From Nitrospirota bacterium (GTDB lineage Bacteria > Nitrospirota > JACRHJ01), in NCBI GenBank assembly GCA_963845245.1, contig CAWJRJ010000016.1:96001-160000 (forward strand): a stretch of DNA of 64,000 bases, written 5' to 3'. The number at the start of each line of letters is the position of its first letter. Positions within the stretch are counted from its first letter, which is position 1. The translations under genes and the position numbers were made by a program. The notes beneath the pieces were generated by a model. The model made no database searches and was not told the origin of the DNA. It saw only the letters and a list, made by a program, of their open reading frames with translations. Positions 38,919 to 49,280 of the stretch are shown in pieces.

Positions 38919-40562
38919 ATGAAAAGACTGGGAAGGTTTTTAATGCTTGCCATGGTCGTCGGACTCGTGACATATGCGGGTTCTGCAACCGCAGGCAAGA
39001 CACTCACGTTTTTCACTGACGGTACGGAAAAGGCGGGGGTGGGCGACAAGGGCCACGGCAAGGGCGTGATCCTGAACGACTACGACAAGGACGGCAACAT
39101 AGATATATTCAAATCGAACAAGGGGGGCCATAACGTCCTCTATCACAACAACGGCGACGGCACCTTTACCGACGTCACTGTCAAGGCCGGCCTGTATGAC
39201 ACAGGCTTCGCCATGGGTTCAGTTATGGCCGACATAGACAACGACGGTATACCAGACCTCGTGGTCGCCAAGGGCGGCAGGACCGAGATCGACCAGAACC
39301 GCATTTACCGCGGCCTCGGTAACGGCAAGTTCCAGGACGTGACGGAATCATGCGGCGCGGGTACCAAGGACTTCACCTACGGCGCGCTCCTGTGCGACTT
39401 CGACCATGACGGCAAGCTCGACCTCTTCTACTCAAACTACGGCGGAGACAAGAAGAACAGGCTCTTCCACAACGAGAGCACGAAGGGCCACATCAAGTTC
39501 AAGGAAGTAACGGACCAGGCGGGCCTTGGCGCATATGGCTGGAGCTGGAGCGCGACCGCTGTCGACGTCAACGAGGACGGCTGGGATGACCTCTACGTAT
39601 CGCGCGGCCGCTATCCGGCCGGCGAGCCCAACAAGATGTACCTCAACGTCAGCACCCCGGGCCACATCAAGTTCGCCGACTTCTCCAAGGAGTCCGGCAT
39701 CGACGACAAGGACTGGACACTGGGTTCCGCCTTCGCCGACTATGACAACGACGGCCACATGGACGTCTACATCTCCAACTACGTCGGAAACAACAAGCTC
39801 TTCAAGGGCGACGGCACCGGCCACTTCACCGAGGTCAGCCATTTCGCGAAGATTGACGACAAGCCGGACCACTGGGGCAAGGGCCCGAGCTGGGGTGACA
39901 TAAACAACGACGGCTTCGTCGACCTCTACGAGGGCGACTGCAAGTTCGCCAACCAGCTCTACCTCAACAACGGCGACGGCACCTTCACCAACGTCACCGA
40001 GCAGAACCCCTGCGTGAAGTACGAGACGATCCGTACGAAGGGCACGGCCATGGCCGACTTTGACAACAAGGGCGCACTCGATATATACGTTGTCAACTGG
40101 GCGGTCGCCAGCGGCCTGATGAAGAACATAAACCACGACAAGAACTGGCTCGAGGTCGACTGCAAGGGCACCGTCAGCAACCGTGACGCGGTCAGCACGA
40201 AGGTCAAGGTCTACGATGCAGGCTTCATGGGCGACAAGAGACATTTCAGGGGCATAAGGGAGGTCCAGACCTCCACTGGCTTCTGCTCCCAGAACCCGCT
40301 CGTCCAGCACTTCGGCGTCGATGCCAAGAGGCACTACGACGTACAGGCTATCTTCCCGAGCGGCCTCATCGCCTATGCGCTTGACGTCAAGACTGCACAG
40401 AAGATAAAGATGGTCGAGCCGGCCACACTCGCCCAGCAGAAGGAACTCTACCCGATGGCAACCGCCGATGCGGGCCAGAGGTTCCCGCTCTCAGTCGCGG
40501 TCCTCGCCCCGTGGACCCCGTCCACCAGCGACGTGATGAACGCGAAGGCAGTGGTAAAATAG
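38919..40562 (+). CDS. Exported FG-GAP/CRTAC1-like propeller with ASPIC/UnbV-like C-terminus
   Basis: Signal peptide; repeated D.D.DG..D and NNGDGTFT.VT; NRDA, GFCSQN...HFG. Confidence 0.88.
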   Translation: MKRLGRFLMLAMVVGLVTYAGSATAGKTLTFFTDGTEKAGVGDKGHGKGVILNDYDKDGNIDIFKSNKGGHNVLYHNNGDGTFTDVTVKAGLYDTGFAMGSVMADIDNDGIPDLVVAKGGRTEIDQNRIYRGLGNGKFQDVTESCGAGTKDFTYGALLCDFDHDGKLDLFYSNYGGDKKNRLFHNESTKGHIKFKEVTDQAGLGAYGWSWSATAVDVNEDGWDDLYVSRGRYPAGEPNKMYLNVSTPGHIKFADFSKESGIDDKDWTLGSAFADYDNDGHMDVYISNYVGNNKLFKGDGTGHFTEVSHFAKIDDKPDHWGKGPSWGDINNDGFVDLYEGDCKFANQLYLNNGDGTFTNVTEQNPCVKYETIRTKGTAMADFDNKGALDIYVVNWAVASGLMKNINHDKNWLEVDCKGTVSNRDAVSTKVKVYDAGFMGDKRHFRGIREVQTSTGFCSQNPLVQHFGVDAKRHYDVQAIFPSGLIAYALDVKTAQKIKMVEPATLAQQKELYPMATADAGQRFPLSVAVLAPWTPSTSDVMNAKAVVK

Positions 40563-40589
40563 CTTTGATGTGCAGCACCAATAAATGAT

Positions 40590-40634
40590 AAAATGGCCGT
40601 CTGAGGTGTAGTTGCTCAGGCGGCCATATTTTTT
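40590..40634 (+). terminator. Internal intrinsic terminator
   Basis: ATGGCCGTCTGAG...CTCAGGCGGCCAT followed by a T-run. Confidence 0.7.
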
Positions 40635-40651
40635 AGCATTCCAGGGAAAAT

Positions 40652-41737
40652 ATGAATATCAGGTATCGCACATTAATAATTATTTCAGTCTTGTTTATCT
40701 TGTCCTCGCCCGCATACGCAGCACTTACAGCAGGGCCCGGTGGCCGGGTAGAGGGTCGCGTGATGTTCCACGACCAACCGCTTACGGGCGCATTCGTTTA
40801 CGTTTATAAAGACCCCGGAAGGCTTTTCGCCAAGGTCCCGGAGGTACCGCCTGTTGCTACCGACGCACAGGGGGCCTTCAGTATAGAGCTGCCCAAGGGC
40901 CAGTATTTCCTGGCCGCTAAGAAAAAGGGGACAGGCACAAAGGAGATTCTTGAGCCGGGCGATTTGTATTCTTTCTACGGCGGCAACCCGGTCTCGGTTG
41001 ACCCGGTAAGGCCGGCCAAGGCCACGCTTAATATGATGGTCAAACCCGGTATCAAGGACGATACTGCATCCGGCGACGACAAGGGCGGGGTCGAGGGAGT
41101 AGTCACCTTAAACGGCGAGCCTGCATCCGGTGTGGTGCTCTACGTCTACCTGAACGCAAACGACAACTTCCGCGGCATGGGCTATTACATGTCCCCGCCG
41201 ACCGGGGTGAACGGTGCATTCAAGATGCGGATGAACGAGGGCACGTTCTATATAATCGCCAGAAAACGGATGGACGGCAGCCTCGCAGGGCCGCTTCGCG
41301 AGGGCGACTACTTCGGATACCTCGACGAGAACCCGGTTGTTGTGAACAAGGGCAAGGTACGCCACGTCGAGATACCGGTCGTGCGGAAGGTCGAAAGGGT
41401 ATCTCCCGGCGGCCAGGGCAAGACGCTTATCGCGGGCGTTATCAAAGATAAGGAAGGGAAACCCCTTTCAGGTATGTACGCCTGCGTATACAAGAACGAG
41501 GGCATGACCGACAGGCCCGCTTTCGTCTCGAAGAAGACAGGCCCGGACGGCATCTTCGAGCTTGAGGTCCCGCTCGGCGGCAAATATTTCATCGGCGGCA
41601 GGAGCGCCATCGGCGGGCCGGTGGAGCCGGGCCAGTACTGGGGCCGTTACGGCGGCAGCACCGACCATTCCATAAGTCTTGATACCGGCGGCAAGGCCGA
41701 GGGGCTTGAGATTACCCTTGAGAAGGTCATCGAATGA
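40652..41737 (+). CDS. Exported three-domain beta-sandwich protein (paralog 2)
   Basis: GDLYSFYGGNPV, FRGMGY, GPL.EGDYFGY, MTDRPAFVS, GRYGG..DHS. Confidence 0.75.
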   Translation: MNIRYRTLIIISVLFILSSPAYAALTAGPGGRVEGRVMFHDQPLTGAFVYVYKDPGRLFAKVPEVPPVATDAQGAFSIELPKGQYFLAAKKKGTGTKEILEPGDLYSFYGGNPVSVDPVRPAKATLNMMVKPGIKDDTASGDDKGGVEGVVTLNGEPASGVVLYVYLNANDNFRGMGYYMSPPTGVNGAFKMRMNEGTFYIIARKRMDGSLAGPLREGDYFGYLDENPVVVNKGKVRHVEIPVVRKVERVSPGGQGKTLIAGVIKDKEGKPLSGMYACVYKNEGMTDRPAFVSKKTGPDGIFELEVPLGGKYFIGGRSAIGGPVEPGQYWGRYGGSTDHSISLDTGGKAEGLEITLEKVIE

Positions 41738-43669
41738 GACGTGTGCTGTTTTCAGTATTAACAGCGGCGCTGCTTCTTACCCTTGCAATACCTGTTCTTG
41801 CCGAAGAGAAAATAAACTCATATCAAAGACGGGGACGTCATAGCCTCTGACACCTCTTGGTCCGGTAGGATAGAGATAGAAGGAGTCGTCCTGGTGCCGG
41901 AAGGCGTAACCTTGACGGTTGAGCCGGGCACAATTGTCGCGTTCAGGAAGTCCGCTGCCCAGTACAAGGAGGAAGGCGGCGAGGGCAGCACCTCCGAGGT
42001 ACTGATACCCGGCAGCGGCATCAGGGTCGAAGGCAAGGTTGCAGCCATGGGAGAGAAAGCAAGGCCCATTACCTTTACATCAGCCGTAAGTTCTCCTGTT
42101 CCCGGCTCCTGGGGCTGCATTTTCCTCGACCACTCAAAGGGAAGCCTGTTTAAAAACTGTATCTTTGAGTACTCCGCGTATACCCTTCATTCGCACTTCT
42201 CCCAGTTCGACGTCTCACGCTGTATTATACGGCAATAACGAGGACGGCAGCCGCCTCGGCGTATCCAGGGTCTCATTCGACCACTGCGACATCTACAGCA
42301 ACACCGGCAAGGGCCTCAACTTCAGGCAGTGCAAGAACACGGTCACATGGTGCAATATCACCGGCAACCGCGACGGCATATTCCTTAACGAAAAGGACTC
42401 CGCCTGCACGATAGAGAACAACAACATCACCGGCAACACGGGGATGGACCTGCGCTTCGGCGACTTCCATGCGGAGGATGTTACCCTGAAGGGCAACTGG
42501 TGGGGGACGGCTGAGGCCTCGCAGATTGCGAGGAAGGTGTGGGACAAGGAAGACGACCCTAACATCGGCAAGGCGGCAATAGAACCTGCAAAAGCGGAAG
42601 TAATCGGCGCGGGCGTCGATGGTGTTACGCTTTCGGTCAAGTGGAAGTTCAAGACCGGCGGGTTCGTTGACTGTTCGCCCGCAGTGTCGGAAGGGATCTG
42701 TCTACTTCGGCTCATGGGACAAAAAGTTCTATGCGGTAAATGAAAAGACAGGCGAGCTTGTCTGGAGCTTTCAGACCGGCGATTGCGTTGACTCCTCTCC
42801 TGTGGTCTCTGAGGGCAGGGTCTTCTTTGGTTCGTGGGACAGAAATATCTATTGTCTCAATATAAAGGACGGCAAGCTTGTCTGGAAGTATGAAATGGCC
42901 CCTTCGAACTTCGACGACCACAGACAGGCCTCGCCGGTAATAGATAATGGAAATATTTATATGGGAGGCTTCAATCGTAGATTATACAAGCTTGATGCAC
43001 TTACAGGTAAAAAAATCTGGGAATATTTAACTGGAGGAGCGATTCGAAGTAAGGCATTTGATATTTGAACTCGAAGATTCCATCGAAGTAATGTTCCGGG
43101 TGTCTTTGTAAGCGAATAAAAATAATATATAGGTTCCGGTGACGGTTCGTTGTATATAATGATGACGAAACGGGTAGGGAAGACTTTTCAATATATGTTG
43201 TCCGGACCGGCAAAGCAGTAAATTCCTCTCCCTATAATTAAGAACAAAAGTTTATATTTCGGTTCAGGTGATGGCATATTATACAGCTTTGATAGCTGGT
43301 ATATGAGTGAAATCATGGAACTATGACACCGGCGGCCGCATCGAATATTCCTCCCCCTTAATGGCTGAAAATCTTGTCCTAATCGGCGACTGCAACGGTA
43401 CCCTCCATGCCGTTAATAAGGATACCGGCAAGCTGGCCTGGAAGTTCACCGGAGGGGGTGGCATATATTCGTCACCCCAGAGGGTAAATGACAGAGGCGT
43501 GTACGGCGACAACGCAGGAAACGTGTACTGCCTGGACCTCAAAACGGGCAAACCGGTAGGCCTTTTCAAGGCAGGAGATGCCGTACAGGGCCTGTCAGTG
43601 GGGCCTGACGGCACAATATACGCCGGTTCCCGCGACGGATACCTTTACGCCCTCTTATTAAGCCAATGA
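41734..43669 (+). CDS. Exported beta-helix plus PQQ/BamB-type propeller fusion (several frameshifts)
   Basis: Signal at 41734; TLTVEPGT..F, ITFTS, NWWG; then W.F.TG..V.SSP and GSWD repeats across ORFs 41894, 42165, 42619 and 43307. Confidence 0.7.
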
Positions 43670-43685
43670 TGGTATAGTTTTTGCA
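43670..43685 (+). promoter_or_regulatory. Sigma54 promoter P2 (internal)
   Basis: TGGTATAGTTTTTGCA (GG-N10-GC), 45 bp before the next ATG. Confidence 0.75.
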
Positions 43686-43729
43686 CTTTATCCTTCCGGA
43701 ATAAAGTATTTCTCCGGAGTCAAAACAAT

Positions 43730-45115
43730 ATGAAAAGATTTATCCTGCTATTTCTTCTAATTGTCCTTGCCGCCGCACCGGCGTTCGGGCAAGAAACCCC
43801 CATAAGAATGTCCTCGGACATCAAAACCAACGCAACATGGTCCGGGACTATTGTCGTCGACCAGCCCATCAGGGTCCTGAAAGGCGCCACGCTGACACTC
43901 AAACCCGGTACTGTTGTCCGCTTCAAGAAGGGCGCGGGTATTACCGTCGCAGGGGTCCTGAAGGCCGCCGGTAAAAAGGGCAGCCTTATCACCTTCACCT
44001 CCGATGAGAAGGTCCCCGCCGCCGGTGACTGGACGATGAGCCTTGACGGCGCGGGCGATGGCACCATACTCAAAAGGTGCAGCATCAGCTATGCGGCGTC
44101 AATAGGCATGGCGGCCTGCTCGGTCCCGGTCCAGAACTGCGACATAGTTAATGGCGGGCAGGGCCTGGTGCTTGCACGCAAGGCGCAGCCCCTGGTCGAC
44201 GGAAATACCATCAGGTCGATGACGCAGGGTGGCATCAATTGCCAGATGGGCTCGGCGCCTGTCATATCCGGCAATATAATCGAAAAGTGCGGCCCGTTTG
44301 GCATTGCCGCGTCACAGGACTCATATCCCACGATAAAAGGCAACACCATATCCGGGTGCGAAACCGGCATATCCCTTTCGAAACCGGTACCGCCTGTAGA
44401 GAACAACACAATAAAGGACAACAAGGCCGGGATATTCCTCTCATCGGTCGGCAACGGCCTTGTAATCAGGAATAACCGTCTGAGCGGCAATGAGAGCGGG
44501 ATAGTCTGCCAGCAGTTCTCCTCCCCGCTTATCGAGAAAAACGACATCAGCGGAGGAAAGGAGTCGATTGTCTGCTTCAGGGCATCGAGTCCGGCAATCA
44601 AGAACAACAACCTCCACAACAGCGAAAAGGGTATTGTCTGCGTCCAGCTCTGCAACCCGCATATAAACGCCAACAACATATTCGAGAACAAAAAGGCGAT
44701 ATACCTGGACCTTTCCTCCTATGCCCTGATCAACGGCAACAATATCTACTCGAACGATATCGAGCTTGAACTTGGCAACATGTCCTCGGACTGGGAGCGC
44801 AAGGTAAACAATAAGCCCGAAAGGGGCAGCCAGGCGCAGAACGCATCCCTTGCCAGCAAGGGCAGGGCTGTCCGTCAGCAAGTGGACGACGGCGCACAGA
44901 TAATGGGCTTTGTAGACGCCACAAGCAACTGGTGGGGCCAGGCCGTGACCGCCGAGATGGAAAACAAGGGTTCTGATGCCAATATAAAGAGCTTCACGGA
45001 TTACTACGACACCCCGACCCGCACATATGAGGGCTACTCCGGGGTTTACATCCAGGACCGCATAAAGTATGATGGCTGGAAGAAGTCCAGGATAAAAACA
45101 GCCGGATTCCAATAA
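43730..45115 (+). CDS. Exported right-handed beta-helix (NosD-like) protein
   Basis: TWSG, ATLTLKPGT, ITFTS...GDW, repeated P.I..N.I....GI, NWWG. Confidence 0.82.
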   Translation: MKRFILLFLLIVLAAAPAFGQETPIRMSSDIKTNATWSGTIVVDQPIRVLKGATLTLKPGTVVRFKKGAGITVAGVLKAAGKKGSLITFTSDEKVPAAGDWTMSLDGAGDGTILKRCSISYAASIGMAACSVPVQNCDIVNGGQGLVLARKAQPLVDGNTIRSMTQGGINCQMGSAPVISGNIIEKCGPFGIAASQDSYPTIKGNTISGCETGISLSKPVPPVENNTIKDNKAGIFLSSVGNGLVIRNNRLSGNESGIVCQQFSSPLIEKNDISGGKESIVCFRASSPAIKNNNLHNSEKGIVCVQLCNPHINANNIFENKKAIYLDLSSYALINGNNIYSNDIELELGNMSSDWERKVNNKPERGSQAQNASLASKGRAVRQQVDDGAQIMGFVDATSNWWGQAVTAEMENKGSDANIKSFTDYYDTPTRTYEGYSGVYIQDRIKYDGWKKSRIKTAGFQ

Positions 45116-45131
45116 TAAAGAGGATATTATC

Positions 45132-46220
45132 ATGTCACGTTTTCTGTTCAGTCTCGCCGTCTCTTTGATGCTTCTGTTGCCCGTTGTTGCCAACGCACAG
45201 GGCGATGCGGCCATCAAGGGTAAGGTAAACTTCCAGGGCAAGCCGCTCGAAGGGGCTTATGTCTACCTCTACTCGAAATACGACGGGGGTTTTAACGGCA
45301 AGGCCGACTTCCAGGCCGGGCCTACGGCCAAGGACGGGGCCTTCGAGGTTAAGGCCGCAAAAGGGCGTTATTACCTCGTCGCCAAAAAATATCTAAGCGG
45401 CAAGGAAGGCGTCCTTGTGCCGGGCGACTATTACTCCTATTACGGCGGGAACCCTGTCGTCGCGGGAGAGGGCGAGACGATCAACATCGGCATAAACTGC
45501 AGCCCCATAATCGACATGGGCGTCAAGGCAAAAGCGGGCGGCACCGGTATACGCGGCAGGGTATTCGCCGACGGGAAGCCGCTTGACCGCGCACGCGTCA
45601 CGCTCTACCAGGACGGCGAGACGATTTTCCGTGGCATAGGCTACGCATCGGTGCTCACCAACAAGGATGGCGACTTCGCGTTCAACCTCGACGAGGGCGC
45701 ATATTACGTCGTGGCCAGGAAGAGGGCGGGCGAGGACAAGATGGGCCCCCTGGGCGAGGGAGACTTCTTCGGGTTTGCCCACGAGAACCCGGTACCGGTC
45801 AAGAAGGACAACTATACGGTCATCTCGATTAGCATGGTCAACAAGCTCATCAAGGTGAAAGAGGGCGGGCAGGAAGTCACCCTCGGCGGCACGGTCAAGG
45901 CCGGAGAGACGGTCGTAGAGGGTTTTGTGGTGGACAAAGACGGCAAGCCCGTTGCTGGCGTGTACGCGAGCGCCTACCGCGATTCCATGATGACCCAGAA
46001 ACCCGATTTCATCTCGAAGGTAACCTCGCCTGACGGTAAATATGTGATCAACCTCTCGGAAGGTGGAGAGTACTTCATAGGGGCCAGGAACACCATCGGC
46101 GGCCCGGCCGAAAGGGGCGACCTCCTCGGGCGTTATGCCGGGAGCGAGGACCATTCAGTAAAGATAAAGACCGGCGAGAAACTTAAGGGCATAGACATTA
46201 CCGTGGAGACGGTGCAATGA
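45132..46220 (+). CDS. Exported three-domain beta-sandwich protein (paralog 3)
   Basis: GDYYSYYGGNPV, FRGIGY, GPLGEGDFFG, MTQKPDFIS, GRYAG..DHS. Confidence 0.75.
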   Translation: MSRFLFSLAVSLMLLLPVVANAQGDAAIKGKVNFQGKPLEGAYVYLYSKYDGGFNGKADFQAGPTAKDGAFEVKAAKGRYYLVAKKYLSGKEGVLVPGDYYSYYGGNPVVAGEGETINIGINCSPIIDMGVKAKAGGTGIRGRVFADGKPLDRARVTLYQDGETIFRGIGYASVLTNKDGDFAFNLDEGAYYVVARKRAGEDKMGPLGEGDFFGFAHENPVPVKKDNYTVISISMVNKLIKVKEGGQEVTLGGTVKAGETVVEGFVVDKDGKPVAGVYASAYRDSMMTQKPDFISKVTSPDGKYVINLSEGGEYFIGARNTIGGPAERGDLLGRYAGSEDHSVKIKTGEKLKGIDITVETVQ

Positions 46221-47365
46221 GACTCTTACTACTGCTGATGTTTGCCGTAACACTGTCATTCGGCGCGACGATTTCTCTCGCGCACGAGGAAGGCTCCGCT
46301 CACAACATGCCAGCGGCCGCAAAACCCGCAGCGCAGACGCCGAACACAGGCTTTGAGGGCAGGGTGGTCTCAGACGGCCAGGTCATAGCCGGGGCCACCG
46401 TATATGCCTACAACAGCTTTGCAGACCTCGTCGCGATGAAGCCCGCTTTTGCGTCAGCCCTTACCGCGGACGACGGCACATGGAAGCTAGACCTCCCCAC
46501 CGGCAGGTATTATCTTGCAGCAAAGAAAAGGCAGGCCGGGCCGGGCGACGGCCCTACCGAGGCGGGAGACTACTTCTCCTTCCAGGGCTCGAACCCGATA
46601 ACCGTAGTGCCGGGCAGGTATACACATGTCGGCTTCTCGATGGTCAAGTTGGACGCCAAGCCGTCCTACACAGATTCCACTGACGCAGGCTCCGGTTCGC
46701 TTACCGGCGTGGTGTCCTACGGCGGCGTCCCTCTCGACGGCGCAAACGTCACACTCTACTTAGACGGCAAGAACGATTTCAGGGGCATGGGCTACTCCTC
46801 GTCGCCCCCGACAGGCAAGGACGGCGTCTTCAGGGTGGACTTCCTTCCGGAGAGCGACTACTTCGTAATCGTCAGGAAGAGGGCCAACGGCAAGGGCGCA
46901 GGGCCGCTCACGGACGGCGACTACTTCGGCTACTACGTTGCGAACCCCGTCCCGGTAAAGGCCGGCAAGGTGGCGAAGATAAGCCTCGGCGTGGTAAACA
47001 AGGCTGGTGAGATAGGCAAGGACGACAGCCTGTTCCGCGACACCGGAACGCATATAACCGGACGGATACTCGACAAAAACGGCAAGCCCGTAAAGGGCGT
47101 TTATGCTTTCGCCTACCTAGACAAGGTCATGGCGCACAAGCGGCCCGAGTACATTTCGCGCGCCGTCGACGAGAACGGCAAGTACGTGCTTAACCTTGCG
47201 CAGGGCGGCGTGTTCTACATAGGCTCGCGCTCCGACTATGGCGACACGCCCGGCATGGGCGAGTGGTACGGCCGCTACGAGGGCACGGGCGACCACTCTG
47301 TAAAGGTCAAGACCGGCGACGTACTCGAAGGCGTCGATATAACCGTCGAGCAGATACTGCCGTAA
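46217..47365 (+). CDS. Exported three-domain beta-sandwich protein (paralog 4)
   Basis: GDYFSFQGSNP, FRGMGY, GPLTDGDYFGY, MAHKRPEYIS, GRYEG..DHS. Confidence 0.75.
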   Translation: MRLLLLLMFAVTLSFGATISLAHEEGSAHNMPAAAKPAAQTPNTGFEGRVVSDGQVIAGATVYAYNSFADLVAMKPAFASALTADDGTWKLDLPTGRYYLAAKKRQAGPGDGPTEAGDYFSFQGSNPITVVPGRYTHVGFSMVKLDAKPSYTDSTDAGSGSLTGVVSYGGVPLDGANVTLYLDGKNDFRGMGYSSSPPTGKDGVFRVDFLPESDYFVIVRKRANGKGAGPLTDGDYFGYYVANPVPVKAGKVAKISLGVVNKAGEIGKDDSLFRDTGTHITGRILDKNGKPVKGVYAFAYLDKVMAHKRPEYISRAVDENGKYVLNLAQGGVFYIGSRSDYGDTPGMGEWYGRYEGTGDHSVKVKTGDVLEGVDITVEQILP

Positions 47366-47375
47366 ATACCGTATT

Positions 47376-47454
47376 GTAGGGGCCGACCATCGTGTCGGCC
47401 CTGCATTTAAAAATGCAAAACACAGGAAGGGCCGACACGATGGTCGGCCCCTAC
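47376..47454. repeat. Inverted pair of GTAG-type REPs (BIME/REPIN-like)
   Basis: 26-bp REP at 47376-47401 and its exact reverse complement at 47429-47454. Confidence 0.9.
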
Positions 47455-47471
47455 AATAACGTAGAAAAGAA

Positions 47472-48323
47472 ATGTCAAAAAAAATCTATTACATATTTAT
47501 GTTGCTCTATTTGGTTTCCGCCCCAGCCTTCGCCGCCGATCCGCTCTATTACGACAAGGGCTATATCACCAAGGACACCACCTGGAGCGGCACGGTGATC
47601 CTTAAGGGCCAGAACGTCGTTAAGCGCGGCGTCACGCTCACGATACTGCCCGGCACTTTAGTCAAATTTGTATGGGTCGACGAAGACGGCGACAACATCG
47701 GCGACGGAGAGCTTACCTGCGAAGGCAGGCTGATCGCGAAGGGCACGAAGGACAAAATGATTACCTTCACATCGGCGCAGGATAAACCGAAGATGAAGGA
47801 CTGGACTTTCGTCCAGATATCCGTCAACAAGGACTCAGAGGTGGAGTACTGTAAGTTCGAGTACGCCTTCTCCGGGCTCCAGGTGCACTACTCCACCGCA
47901 AGCGTGAAGAACTGCATCTTCACAAAAAACTTCGAAGGCATGCGGTTCTCGACGACGGACGTGCTGATCGAGCACAACGACTTCATAGACAATTACTTCG
48001 GCATCAGGTATGAGGCACACGGCTCCCGCACCACTGTGACGAAGAACACGTTCAAGGACAACGAACAGACGTTCTTCCCGGTGCAAAAAAGCGGGAAGAC
48101 GGTAAAGATATACGACAACAATATTGTCGGCAGCAAGAGCTACAGCGTCAAGCTCGGCGAAAACCAGAGGGAGGACATGGACTACACCAACAACTGGTGG
48201 GGCACGTCCAACCCGGACGACATCGATGCTGGAATATTCGACAAGACAAAGGACGGGGCGCTTGGCCTGGTTACGTGGAAGCCATTTTTAACCGCACCCG
48301 TCAAAGACTGCGGGATGATGTAG
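47472..48323 (+). CDS. Exported right-handed beta-helix protein
   Basis: DTTWSG, TLTILPGT, DEDGDNIGDGE loop, ITFTS, NWWG. Confidence 0.8.
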   Translation: MSKKIYYIFMLLYLVSAPAFAADPLYYDKGYITKDTTWSGTVILKGQNVVKRGVTLTILPGTLVKFVWVDEDGDNIGDGELTCEGRLIAKGTKDKMITFTSAQDKPKMKDWTFVQISVNKDSEVEYCKFEYAFSGLQVHYSTASVKNCIFTKNFEGMRFSTTDVLIEHNDFIDNYFGIRYEAHGSRTTVTKNTFKDNEQTFFPVQKSGKTVKIYDNNIVGSKSYSVKLGENQREDMDYTNNWWGTSNPDDIDAGIFDKTKDGALGLVTWKPFLTAPVKDCGMM

Positions 48324-48332
48324 GAGAAGGCC

Positions 48333-49280
48333 ATGAGCTATGAATCTGAGAGGCGCAGGTTTTTAAAGGGGGCGCTCGCCTGCTCCCTGGCAGCGGGCGG
48401 GTTGCAACTCCTCAAAGGGAGTCCGGCAGGGTTTGTCGGCGAGGCTTTCGCGGCAGATGCAGGGAAGCCGACGATAGCCGTAGCCAAAAACGGCACGCCG
48501 GAGTCCATGACCCGCGCGGCCGTGATGGCGCTTGGCGGGATGGGCAAGTTCGTCAGAAGGGGCGACGTCGTCGTAGTCAAGCCGAACATCGGCTGGGACC
48601 GCACGCCCGAGCTTGCGGCCAACACAAACCCGGACGTCGTAAAGACGGTCGTGAAGATGTGCCTTGAGGCGGGCGCAAAGAAGGTGCGTGTCATGGACGG
48701 CCCGTGCAACGACCCGAGGCGCTGCTACAAACGTAGCGGCATAAAGGACGCGGTCGAGTCACTGAACAACCCGGCCGCCACCATAGAACACTTGGACGAG
48801 CGCAAATACGTGGAGATGCCCATAAAGAGGGGTACCACACTCAAGAGCTGGACGTTTTACAAGGATTTCTTCGACGCAGACAGGCTCATAAACATCCCGA
48901 TAGCCAAACACCACAACGCGGCGCGGCTCACGATGAGCCTTAAGAATATCATGGGCGTTCTCGGAGGCAACAGGGGCAACATACACCACGACCTTGATCA
49001 TAATATAGCCGAACTGAACACCGTCATGAAGTTTGACCTGATAGTGCTTGATGCGGTGCACATCCTTACAGGCAACGGCCCGCAGGGTGGCCGGATACAG
49101 GACGTAAAGACCATGAACACCGTCATCGCCGGGAAAGACCCGGTGGCGATAGACTCGTACGGGTCTACGCTTTTCAACATTACCGGCAAAGACGTGCCCC
49201 ATGTGCTTTACGCATCGCAGATGGGGCTTGGCGAGATCGACCTCAAGAAGGTCAAGGTAATGCGCGTTGACCTTGCCTAG
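48333..49280 (+). CDS. Tat-exported DUF362 protein A
   Basis: ERRRFLK; VVKPNIGWDR.PE.AANTNP; CNDPRRCY; INIP.AKHH; T...KN.MG; GPQGG; D.VA.D. Confidence 0.87.
   Translation: MSYESERRRFLKGALACSLAAGGLQLLKGSPAGFVGEAFAADAGKPTIAVAKNGTPESMTRAAVMALGGMGKFVRRGDVVVVKPNIGWDRTPELAANTNPDVVKTVVKMCLEAGAKKVRVMDGPCNDPRRCYKRSGIKDAVESLNNPAATIEHLDERKYVEMPIKRGTTLKSWTFYKDFFDADRLINIPIAKHHNAARLTMSLKNIMGVLGGNRGNIHHDLDHNIAELNTVMKFDLIVLDAVHILTGNGPQGGRIQDVKTMNTVIAGKDPVAIDSYGSTLFNITGKDVPHVLYASQMGLGEIDLKKVKVMRVDLA

Noticed and set aside
42940..43320. Diversity-generating retroelement variable region
   Set aside because: No reverse transcriptase and no template repeat in the window.
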